64,000 bases of DNA from Batkoa obscura (Eukaryota): contig JASVEC010000021.1 in NCBI GenBank assembly GCA_030770535.1, positions 372,001 through 436,000 of the forward strand. The letters run 5' to 3'. The notes beneath the pieces are model-generated. The model was not told where the DNA came from. It did no database searches and was given only the letters and a program-made list of their open reading frames with translations. The translations under genes and the position numbers were made by a program. Of this stretch, positions 54,414-64,000 are shown in pieces (the stretch's first letter is position 1; each line of letters starts with the position of its first letter).

Positions 54414-55095
54414 TTAACCAGAACGTTTGGAGTAGTTTTTCTTACCCAAGTCGAATGGGATATAACGGTGTTTAATCATGTGTTGTATTTGACGGCGCAT
54501 TGTAAGGATAAACAAGAAAATAAAATAAAATAACAATATTGGCCAAAATACTGGTATGTCCAAGGCATTAAATAACGTGCAGAATAATGATATAATGATG
54601 GCTCGGGTAGATAATAACCTAATCAAATAATTAACATTCAAACTTAAAAATATACGATTAAATCATACCAAAACTTAAACTCTGGGAGTCTACGAATAAA
54701 GGGACGAAATTCATCGTCAGAGCGGGTGGGTAAAGAGAACCCACTCTCATTGTCCAACTCTTCTTGTTCCATTTCTTCTAAAGCTGGGTCAAATCTGGGC
54801 GTCAAAAATGCCAAGAAAGCATTTAAAAGGTAAATTCCAAGCCCATAGGCTATAATATACCATCCTTGGGCTAAAATAAATCTCAATATAAAGGCAATAA
54901 GTAACACAGCACTTGCTACCCATCTATATGTTGGGTATGGAGTTAAACTATCTAAAAAGGTTTGGTGCCTCTGAATTGGGTTAGGCTTAAATTTAAGATT
55001 CCTAATCAATAACTTCTTACCACCGATATAGTATGCAATATCTTTTGCAACTTTCCAGCTACGCTTGACGAATCTTCGTTATTTGTGTTATTCAT
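54414..55095 (-). CDS. RER1: Rer1 ER retrieval receptor (3 exons)
   Basis: [78 protein letters not shown]. Confidence 0.95.
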
Positions 55096-55512
55096 ATTTA
55101 GGAAATATAATTATTTTTTAAAGATATTCTAAGAAAATAGTAACAAGCTGGAATCCTAATCTAAGTTTTAGTGAATTCATGTAGCCAATGAAGCTCGGTT
55201 ATTATTTTGTTACAAACCAATTTTTAATTGGTAAAGAAATTACTTAAAGCAATGCCTTAGTTAAACTATACATAGCAACTTTCGCTTTTAGCACCTTATG
55301 ACTGCCAAGGAAATTGAAGAATAAATCTACCTTGATATATGTAATAAAGATTTGTTTTTTCAAATGATCTACATGTTATTTTTCAAATATTGTCAAATAA
55401 AAATTATTAAGGTATTGACTTGATATTTTATTAAATTTTATTTTTAAAAATCTTATCTATTATCAATAACAAACTCTTAGTCAAAAGTGTATTTTAATTT
55501 TAGACAATGTGC

Positions 55513-55649
55513 TTCTGAATCAGTGGAGATACTTGATAGAGTGGAGAATAATCTGCACAAAACTAAATACAAACTATTGTATAATCAAAAACTTGTTAGT
55601 AATTTCGGGCAAATTCTCCACTCTATCAAGTATCTCCACTGATTCAGAA
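55513..55649. repeat. Fold-back element B: 37-bp perfect inverted repeat with 63-bp spacer
   Basis: TTCTGAATCAGTGGAGATACTTGATAGAGTGGAGAAT (55513-55549) and its exact reverse complement (55613-55649). Confidence 0.92.
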
Positions 55650-55694
55650 ACATGTTATGTCTAAATAAACAATTTTAACTTTGAGCGTATAGCC

Positions 55695-55869
55695 ATTATA
55701 AAAAATAGAGACATTTGACCCCTCAATTAAGACAGGTGCTTTTTTTTCAATCTATATCTCAATAGAATTCAAGATTGAAAAGATTCGGAACTTTTATTTG
55801 CCCACCACTACTTTTACACATTTTAGATTCTCTTAACCGAATAAGCCAAATGTCTCTATTTTTCATAAT
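55695..55869. repeat. Fold-back/MITE-like element C with 23-bp terminal inverted repeat
   Basis: ATTATAAAAAATAGAGACATTTG ... CAAATGTCTCTATTTTTCATAAT (1 mismatch). Confidence 0.75.
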
Positions 55870-56054
55870 TTGGGTTATATTTGAGTTGGAAAATTGAAAG
55901 TAAATGAAGTAGATTTAAAGTATAATAAACATTCATTTAGTATTTGTATAGTTAAACGCTTGCAATGCGCATCAATAAAACTTTAAAGCTAACACTTATT
56001 TATAAAGAGTTATTATACTGATTTATCAGACTTTTTAGATAAATTTTATGTAAA

Positions 56055-56158
56055 TATGAGGATGTTTTTTTTGGTTTCATCACTTTTTCACTTTTTGAGC
56101 ACTATTTGAGCGGAAAGATTATTAATAAAATTATTAAACACAAAAACACATCTTCATA
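56055..56158 (-). mobile_element. MITE family A copy
   Basis: TATGAGGATGTTTTTTTTGG...CACAAAAACACATCTTCATA. Confidence 0.88.
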
Positions 56159-56456
56159 TATATAAAAACGGACATATCTATATTAATAATAACTATTAAT
56201 GAATAATTTTGAGTGGTTCTTATAAAACAGCTATAAAGTACAATCAATCATGCTCAACTATTTAAAAGAAAAGGTTAAAATTAAATAGCAACTATTTAGA
56301 ATTTAGAAGCAGTAAGTTAGCTTAATTTTGAAGCTTAGATACTAAACGAGTTAACCAGTAATAATATTATTGTCACCAAAACTGGATAACATTGTATTAA
56401 TGTTTAACACAAATCTAACTTCCTTTAATTTGCTTACTATTAATAGTATTTAATAA

Positions 56457-56630
56457 TCATTGAAAAAATAATCTAGGTGGTTTAAAAAATTATATATTTT
56501 TAGTGCCTTTTACAGTTTTGGTCTTTATTAGATGTAGTTTTTAAATATAACTTTTTGCTGTTTTACTATGTAAAAAGTACTAATTAAAAATATATAATTT
56601 TTTAAACTACCCAAATTATTTTTTCAATGA
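56457..56630. repeat. Fold-back/MITE-like element D with ~55-60-bp imperfect terminal inverted repeats
   Basis: TCATTGAAAAAATAATCTAGGTGGTTTAAAAAATTATATATTTTT... vs ...AAAAATATATAATTTTTTAAACTACCCAAATTATTTTTTCAATGA. Confidence 0.82.
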
Positions 56631-56718
56631 CTATATAATGATATCAACACCTGTATATAATTTAGAATAAGAGATAAATAAAAATAAAGATAGCACATTT
56701 ATTGAATAAAAAATATCA

Positions 56719-56924
56719 TATGGGGATGTATTTTTTTGTTTAATAATTTTACTAACAATCTCTCCGCCTAAATAGCGTTCAAAAAATGGAAAAAGTTATG
56801 AAGTTAAAAAAAACAGCCCCATATAATGATTTTTTTTTTAAATAATTTTATTAATAATCTTTCCGCTTAAATAGTGCTTAAAAATTGAAAAAGTGATGAA
56901 GTCAAAAAAAACATCTCCATGTAT
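56719..56924 (+). mobile_element. Two tandem MITE family A copies (56719-56823 full; ~56826-56924 degenerate)
   Basis: TATGGGGATGTATTTTT...CAGCCCCATA followed by a second ...TTCCGCTTAAATAGTGCTTAAAAATTG...CATCTCCATG. Confidence 0.87.
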
Positions 56925-56929
56925 AATCT

Positions 56930-59239
56930 TTATCCAAAATTGAAATTGTTTTTTATATTACTCATGGAGCTACTAAATTTGTTGCGAAATTTACCAAATG
57001 GGTCATTACTTGATTGCTGATTTATTCCATTGAACGGGTCTTCGAAACTCTGAATTGATTGCTGACTTCCCCTATTAAAGGGAATATTAGTAGCACCATT
57101 GTTATTATTGTTTTGTTGCTGTGGCTTTATACTATTAAATGGGTCATCTTTATTAATTTGATCTGTTTCTTTTAATAAAATCTTATTAAATGGATCATCG
57201 ATATTCACTTGTCCATCTAATCCAACGTTGGTATTATCGCTATTAAAGTTATTAAAAAATTCGAAAGATGGATCTCTTGGATTGAACTTTGGTCCTTTCT
57301 CTTTGAAAAGTAGTCGCTCTAATGTTTTTTGGCTTGGTTTAGGTCTATAAGTAGGTTCTCCACTTAATTTTTCTTCAACGATAAAATCACCCAATACATT
57401 GCCCATCATATGAATGAATAAATTTGGGAAAAATCCAGGGATATCAGGTAAGGCAGACATATCCATAACCCTCAATCCTTTAACTCCACGTACTCTAAAC
57501 CTAGAATCTAAAACAGCCATCGGGTCATTGTCTAATCCTAGTTTGGCTGTACAACAAACATGATGCCCCCATGTAATTTCAGCGATCCATTTTGCTATCT
57601 GCCATCTCGAAGCATACTGTTTGCCTGGATATACTTCTTCATAAACGTTTTCCTCTCCAACCTCTTCTCTTGTTCGGTTTCTAACGTATTCTATTGATGT
57701 TATTAAAGCATTCATGTCCTCAACACCTCCAATATTAAACTTTAATAAGTTGATATCTGGAGTCTCTCTTGGATCATTTGACTTTAATTTAACATAGCCT
57801 TGGGACCTTGTATGCGCTTTTAATATTAATCGGTTGAAATACCTTGTGTTTTTTACTGCTTCTTCAGAATACCCTTTATAGTAGCCATAGAAATAGACGG
57901 GAGTATTAATAATAAATATATCTGGTTCATTTAAATACTTATTAGACTTGTAGATCTCTCCACTAACACCTGAGTTAGCTAAATAAGCACCATTTTTTTC
58001 ATTCTTATATTGTCTAAAACAGCGATCAGCATATTCATTTGAAGAAAAAAAGCAATCTTTAAATAAAGGTAAATCATTTTCTAGCTTTAATATATATGGA
58101 ATCTCATTTCTGTCCAATAAATTTTTGCCTACTCCCTTCAAATCACTTATTGTTGTTATATTAAATTTATTTAATTCCTCTTTATCACCAATTCCGCTCA
58201 ACATTAATAGCTGAGGTGTATTAAATGTCCCTGCAGATATGATGACTTCATTTCTTGCGAAAAATTGATTTGGCACAGCCTGTCTTGACCTATTATCATC
58301 AAATAGTGGTGATGCTTTATATAAGTTAGCCCCGTGATAAACATTAACGCCTATAGCTTTTTTGTTTTTATCAAAAATGACCTTAGAAACTAACGTATCA
58401 GTTAATATAGTTAATGGGCTAAAAGCACGAGCCATTTGTAATTGGCCTAAATAGTTCATTCGTGTATAATTTGTTTGATGTACTGCTGATGGTATATTGA
58501 ATAAACCAACACTATCAGTTCCAACATTGCCATTGATATAACCGTTAACGTCATGAGTAGGGTCCCCACCTAAAAAGGCTAACAATTTACTCAATGATTT
58601 GTCTGATGACAACATCCTAACTAAAGGTGAATAACTTGTTGGGTACCAACCACGATAACCATGATCATTTTTATCACTTACTTGTAATGGGTAATTACAG
58701 TTTTCCAAAGGTTTGAAATACTTTTCTCTAAATAATGGCTCTTTAAATATATCATTGCCCGTTAACTCATACAATAAATCAAAATCTCTTTTTTGTGGAT
58801 AAACAGCGATCTGAGCATGATGTAAAGAGCATCCGCCAAGCCCGCTTGCCCTTGGATAAAATACTTCTTGTCTTAGTTTTGTCTCTTCTTTGTAATGCTT
58901 TACAAAGTAATCCCAGGCAATCTTCGGATCTTCGGAAGCTCGGGTACTAAACGCTGGTACTGTTATATTCCATGAATTTGGTTCTGGCTCGGAACCAGCT
59001 TCTAATAATAAGGTAGTAAAGCCATAGTTGGCTAGTCGCATAGCTAACATTCCTCCTGCACTCCCTGCACCTACTACAATATAATCATAAACCTTTGGGA
59101 CTTCCCAAAAGTTTTGCTTTATGTATAAATAATCTTTATTACTTTTTTTCATAAAATCAAATATACCAGCGGATACATTTTGAGTTAATAGATTGAGTGT
59201 GATTAAAGAAATAGTTGCAGATATAGTATGCAACTTCAT
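56930..59239 (-). CDS. Secreted GMC (glucose-methanol-choline) oxidoreductase with low-complexity C-terminal extension, intronless
   Basis: Signal peptide; YDYIVVGAGSAG (FAD), LLLEAG, YPRASGLGGCS, EVIISAGTFNTPQLLMLSGIG, GVGKNL.D, WGHHVCCTAKLG, VLDSRFRVRGVKGLRVMDMS. Confidence 0.92.
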   Translation of the reverse strand: MKLHTISATISLITLNLLTQNVSAGIFDFMKKSNKDYLYIKQNFWEVPKVYDYIVVGAGSAGGMLAMRLANYGFTTLLLEAGSEPEPNSWNITVPAFSTRASEDPKIAWDYFVKHYKEETKLRQEVFYPRASGLGGCSLHHAQIAVYPQKRDFDLLYELTGNDIFKEPLFREKYFKPLENCNYPLQVSDKNDHGYRGWYPTSYSPLVRMLSSDKSLSKLLAFLGGDPTHDVNGYINGNVGTDSVGLFNIPSAVHQTNYTRMNYLGQLQMARAFSPLTILTDTLVSKVIFDKNKKAIGVNVYHGANLYKASPLFDDNRSRQAVPNQFFARNEVIISAGTFNTPQLLMLSGIGDKEELNKFNITTISDLKGVGKNLLDRNEIPYILKLENDLPLFKDCFFSSNEYADRCFRQYKNEKNGAYLANSGVSGEIYKSNKYLNEPDIFIINTPVYFYGYYKGYSEEAVKNTRYFNRLILKAHTRSQGYVKLKSNDPRETPDINLLKFNIGGVEDMNALITSIEYVRNRTREEVGEENVYEEVYPGKQYASRWQIAKWIAEITWGHHVCCTAKLGLDNDPMAVLDSRFRVRGVKGLRVMDMSALPDIPGFFPNLFIHMMGNVLGDFIVEEKLSGEPTYRPKPSQKTLERLLFKEKGPKFNPRDPSFEFFNNFNSDNTNVGLDGQVNIDDPFNKILLKETDQINKDDPFNSIKPQQQNNNNNGATNIPFNRGSQQSIQSFEDPFNGINQQSSNDPFGKFRNKFSSSMSNIKNNFNFG

Positions 59240-60598
59240 TTTTTATTTTAAATAAAAGCTTTTTGTGATAATAAAGTGAAGTATTTATCTTAATTCCTTT
59301 CATTTTGATTATTTTTTAAAAAAAAATTATAATGTCTATCAAACTGTTGATGATTTGCTTTGCTATTTGTTAGACAGTTTTGATGGCTATTTTTAAGGCA
59401 ATGCTTTTTCTAAGACATTTTAATCAACTAAATTATCAGTCAATTAAATAAATATTTTAGCAGCAATTTCAAACTAAATTAAGATTATTACATTTAACTT
59501 AATATAAAAAACAATATAATTGCGTTAAATAAGTAACATGTTATGCTTTTGTAATAAAATCTTGAAGTGAAAAAAGTAAAACCTTTTTATTAGTCAAACT
59601 TTCAATACGATTTTCATAATGATACAAAAAGTAAACCGTACTATTTATTTGTGCAATTATAGTTATATTTTTGTATAAAGGTTAAATAAAAGTATGTAAA
59701 AAAATTTTGGCTTTGGATTCGAGTTATGATGCTATTACTGTGAGCATCTTTCAAAAATTGCAAATTATAAAATGTAATAGTTCAGGGATATTTTCACTTC
59801 TAAAAAATTGACATTTCTCGGCAATTTACTTTATAGATATAAAATGATTATATAATTTTACAAGATATATCATAAAAAATAAAAAAAATAATCATAAAAT
59901 AAAACTACAGAGAATACATGAAACCATTTAAATGTATTTCAATTACTGAAATAAATTTTCAGTAACAATAGCCTCATATCCATCTACTTTAAAATCTTGA
60001 TTTTGCCTAATTTAATGTCAAATTTTGTAGATCAGCTTAAAGCCGAATTAAGCTAAAAAAGCCTATAGGGTCAAAGTTGAAGATTTGAACTTTTGAATGA
60101 ATAAACAAAATAAAAAATATTTGATAATTCAATTTTGATTATTTGTTTTATTTAATTGTTTATTATAAATTATTATAAATTATTGTTATTCATTTTTATG
60201 AAATTTGGAGAACATTTAGATCCAATGACACTTTACATAATAGGATTTTGCAAAGAGCTGAGGCCAATTAAAACACGTGTAAAAATTTTAAGTATCAAAT
60301 AAGATGCAACTTTAATCAGGAATAGTATTATCCAATCAAATAGTATTATTCTACAAATTAACGGTACAATTTTATAAAATATTCACTCCCTTCATTTATG
60401 TCCCATAAATTAATCATATAGTTTAATAAAATGATCCTAGCTACTAATCCACCATAAATAAAGTTAGGAAAATTTCTCTTTTCTCATTGATTTCTCTTTT
60501 TTGGTGAGTAAATTTATTCATTCTCTATTAATAATTTATTATAAATCTTTTTAAATTCAATAGAATTATTTATTAACTTTTTTAAAGAAATAACAAAG

Positions 60599-61066
60599 AT
60601 GGCTGATGAAGAACACACTTTCGAAGCTGCCGGATCTGGTGCTTCCCTTACCTACCCAATGCAATGTTCCGCTTTAAGAAAAAACGGACACGTTGTTATT
60701 AAGGGCCGTCCATGCAAAATTGTTGATATGTCCACCTCTAAAACTGGTAAGCACGGTCATGCTAAAGTCCATTTAGTTGCTGTTGATATTTTCACTGGTA
60801 AAAAACTTGAAGATATCTCCCCATCTACCCATAACATGGATGTACCTCACGTTAAGCGTGATGAATACACCCTCCTCGATATTGAAGATGGTTTCTTATC
60901 CCTTATGTTACAAGATGGTTCCACCAAAGATGATGTCAAAATTCCAGATGATGCTCTTGGTCGTGAACTTGAAGCTGCTTTTGCTGAAGGTCGTGATATC
61001 TCCGTCACTTGTATTTCTTCTATGGATGAAGAACAATGTATTTCTTGGCGTGATGCCCCTAAATAG
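60599..61066 (+). CDS. HYP2: Translation factor eIF5A
   Basis: [13 protein letters not shown], hypusine site [12 protein letters not shown]; probable 5'-UTR intron starting GTGAGT near 60504. Confidence 0.97.
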   Translation: MADEEHTFEAAGSGASLTYPMQCSALRKNGHVVIKGRPCKIVDMSTSKTGKHGHAKVHLVAVDIFTGKKLEDISPSTHNMDVPHVKRDEYTLLDIEDGFLSLMLQDGSTKDDVKIPDDALGRELEAAFAEGRDISVTCISSMDEEQCISWRDAPK

Positions 61067-61466
61067 TTAAATTAAATTTTTTTTTAATAAAATTAGAAAT
61101 TGAAGTTTAATTATTAAATAAAATTGCTAAAGTAATAGAAATCGATATTTTATTTCTGCATACCATATTGTTTATATTTTGTTTATGTAGAATGTTTGTT
61201 TAGGAGGGCATAGTTTCTAATCATTAATATCATTGATATTTACTTTATTAATATTGTCTCTAAATTAATCTGAGAGAATTTCAGAAAGAATATAATATGA
61301 TTGAAATTGATAATCAAAAGTTGAAAACAAAACTAAACCAAAATAGTTGAAACAAATTCGAAATATTAAAAATAAAAAGTCAAAAAATAAATTTAGTTGC
61401 ACTTTTGTAAGAATAAAGCATGAAAGACCTCATTTTAAATTATCCGTTGCTTTTGTGTAGACTTAT

Positions 61467-62659
61467 TTAGGGTATATCCTTAAGCGACTCAAAAGAATAC
61501 AATTTGTTCGTGACATTAGCCAACATACCAACTAATTGAAGTTTTGTATCAAGACCATCTAAAATTTTCATATGGCATAATCCTATTTCCTAATAAACCT
61601 TTAACATCTAATTTGAAATTTGAAAACAAAAACTTACTTTTATAAACTCAAGTTTTGAAGTTTCTGGCATATCATATAATTTGGTAACACGAAAAAATGT
61701 AGTAATAATGTCTAAAGCAGAGTATCCCTTATGCCATAAAGAAGACATAACTTCAATAGCATTGTCTAATTTTCCATTGATACAACTTTCAATCACTTCT
61801 TTAACTATCGTTGGATGAGGTTGGTCACAAACTCTAAATACATTTTCTTGATTAACAAACCCAAATCCGGAAAAAGTAGACTGTAAATTATTAATCGCTT
61901 GACGCATATCCCCATCAGCAGTAAAAACAATGGCAGCTAACCCATCAGCGTTATATTGTACATTTTCGAGTTCACAGATCTCAAGCAAACGTTTAGTAAC
62001 TTGTTGATCATTCAATCTGGTATATCTTATCATAGCACATCGACTTTGAATGGGTTCGATAATTTTACTAGACAAGTTACAAGCCAAAGCGAAACGAGTG
62101 GTTGTTGAATAAATTTCCATCGTTCTTCTTAAAGCTTGCTGCGCTCCTGCTACCATACTATCCGCTTCGTCTAAAATCACAATTTTATGTAAACCTTGTG
62201 GGAGATTTACTTTTTTCTGAGCAAACATCTTAATTCGGTTTCTTACTACGTCGATACCCCTTTCTTTGTTTATTTTTATTTATCCTGTGCTAATTATTAT
62301 CAATTACCTATCATCTGAAGCATTCAATTCAAGAACACACTCACTAAATTTATCTTTTAAAATTTGTCTTGCCAAACAAAGGATTGAAGTTGTTTTTCCT
62401 ATTCCAGGTGATCCCTAAGTTTTTTTAAATAAGAAATGATTTACTTATTTAATAATATAAATTTATTACCGATAAAATAATATTTGGCATGTTGCCATCA
62501 CTAGCAATCACTTTTAATCTTTGAATAGTTTCTTCATTTCCAACGATATCATCCAAAACGATTGGGCGGTATTTTTCTACCCTTAACTAGTTAATCATAT
62601 GTTAATTCATATTGTGTTGTGTTGTACCATGGTAAATTCAAATCATTAGCAGTAACCAT
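61467..62659 (-). CDS. RFC4: Replication factor C small subunit (yeast RFC4/human RFC2 type), multi-exon
   Basis: [87 protein letters not shown]. Confidence 0.93.
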
Positions 62660-62946
62660 TGTTGTATAATTTGAATAATTAAATTACGTTTTTCACAGCA
62701 AATTGATTTTATAAGAGTTATCCAAATATGGATAATTAGTCCTTATTGCAACTTTTGCAACTTAAGGCTCAGTTTAAAATTTGGGATGGTTTATAAAATT
62801 GAAATTTTATTCGGTTTTAATAGAATACTAATAAATTAAATTGAAGGTATTAAACTATAATATTAAATGAGCAATTATTTTGATAGTTATAAATAATATG
62901 ATATGAACAAAAAATAAACTTGAATTAATTGATTTTAAGGGTTAGG

Positions 62947-64000
62947 ATGGCAACTGTTTCAATCAAAAACTTATTTAGAATTAACGCTGTAAAAGGTATA
63001 TTTTAAGCTCTTAATAATCGAATAATAGTTAAAAACTCAGGTGCTAGATATCTCTCGTATGTTTCCAAAGTTCAAAATAACTTTGATTCAACGATAAACA
63101 AATCGATACCTGCTTCTTCAATAGCATCAACTGCTTCTACTTCAGGCTCCATAAATATTAAAGAAAGATATAATAGCTTAGGTAATAAAAATAAAAATGA
63201 GCAGTGACCATTATTTATTATATAATTCCAAAAGTTAACTCTTTTTTTAGTTCCAAGTTTTGAAGATATTGGAACCGTACAATTAGATTCTGAGTCATTA
63301 GAACAACCAGAGGAGTTCAATCCTACCGAATTAACTATGGCAAAGATGTTAGCTTCAGGTTTACATTTAGGTAGCAGTACCGAACTTTGGAACCCAAAAA
63401 ATTTGCCATTTATCTTTGGTTCAAGAGCAGATATTAATATTTTTAATCTTGAAGCAACTATGTCTTATCTTAAAAGAGCTTGTGCTTTTACAAGAGAAGT
63501 AGCATTTAACAATGGTATCATTTTGTTTTTATCTTCTAAACCTGAATTCGCTTCTGCTACCGTTAAAGCAGCTCAGCGCTCTAACTCCTATTATGTCTAT
63601 CATAAATGGGTACCTGGAGCTATTTCAAATAGAGAATCTGTTTTAGGTTCAAAGTCTTTTGTTTATTATGAAGGAGAACAAATCGAATATAAAAATTACA
63701 AGCCAGATTTATTGATTGTTGCCAATTATCAAGATAATAAAAAAGCAATCGCTGAAGCTACTCGATATAATATTCCAACAATTGCTATTATAGATTCGGA
63801 TCAAGATCCTGCTGGAGTTACCTATCCTATCCCTGGTAATGATGATTCAGTTAAAGGAATTGAACTTGTGTTTGGATTATTATCAACTGCTGCTAGAGAT
63901 GGAATGGCTAAAAGAGAATATTTGGCTAAAAAGGAAGTTGAAAAAGAATCCAAAAAAGCTGATTTAGACTCAAAAGTAAAAGAAATTAAACCAGAAGAAA
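62947..64000 (+). CDS. MRP4: Mitochondrial small-subunit ribosomal protein uS2m (runs off the window end)
   Basis: Presequence-like first exon and an intron; MLASGLHLG...WNPKNLPFIFGSR..I.IFNLE.T..YLKRA, KPDLLIV, IPTIAIIDSD, YPIPGNDDS. Confidence 0.88.

Overview
Very AT-rich eukaryotic DNA with many short (~45-65 nt) GT-AG introns. It is consistent with an early-diverging fungus; Entomophthorales/Zoopagomycota is my inference from gene content and style only. About 20 intact protein genes: RNase H2A, YIF1, a PBP2/THI5-like protein, a mitochondrial LEA-like protein, a GPCR-like 7TM protein, Elongin C, KRI1, a peroxisomal 4CL-like ligase, a FUSC/ArAE transporter, ISWI, a Sut1/SLC45-like transporter, LHS1/GRP170, CK2-alpha, RER1, a GMC oxidoreductase, eIF5A, an RFC subunit, uS2m and hypotheticals. 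There is also one tRNA-Cys(GCA). Four observations stand out. (1) An intact 431-aa ORF reads as a DIRS-like reverse transcriptase with its catalytic aspartates replaced, fused to an RNase H with all catalytic residues intact and no surrounding retroelement, i.e. a candidate domesticated pseudo-RT/RNase H gene. (2) A family of intronless Kelch-propeller single-pass receptor-like genes with a conserved cytoplasmic tail motif has 2 intact copies and 3 pseudogenes in 64 kb. (3) About 23 copies of a ~105-bp MITE are present, including a homogenised 208-bp palindromic dimer and a copy split by a 445-bp TG...CA solo-LTR-like insertion with a 4-bp TSD. (4) Several further fold-back elements occur. Exon structures and family calls were made by eye; no database search was run.
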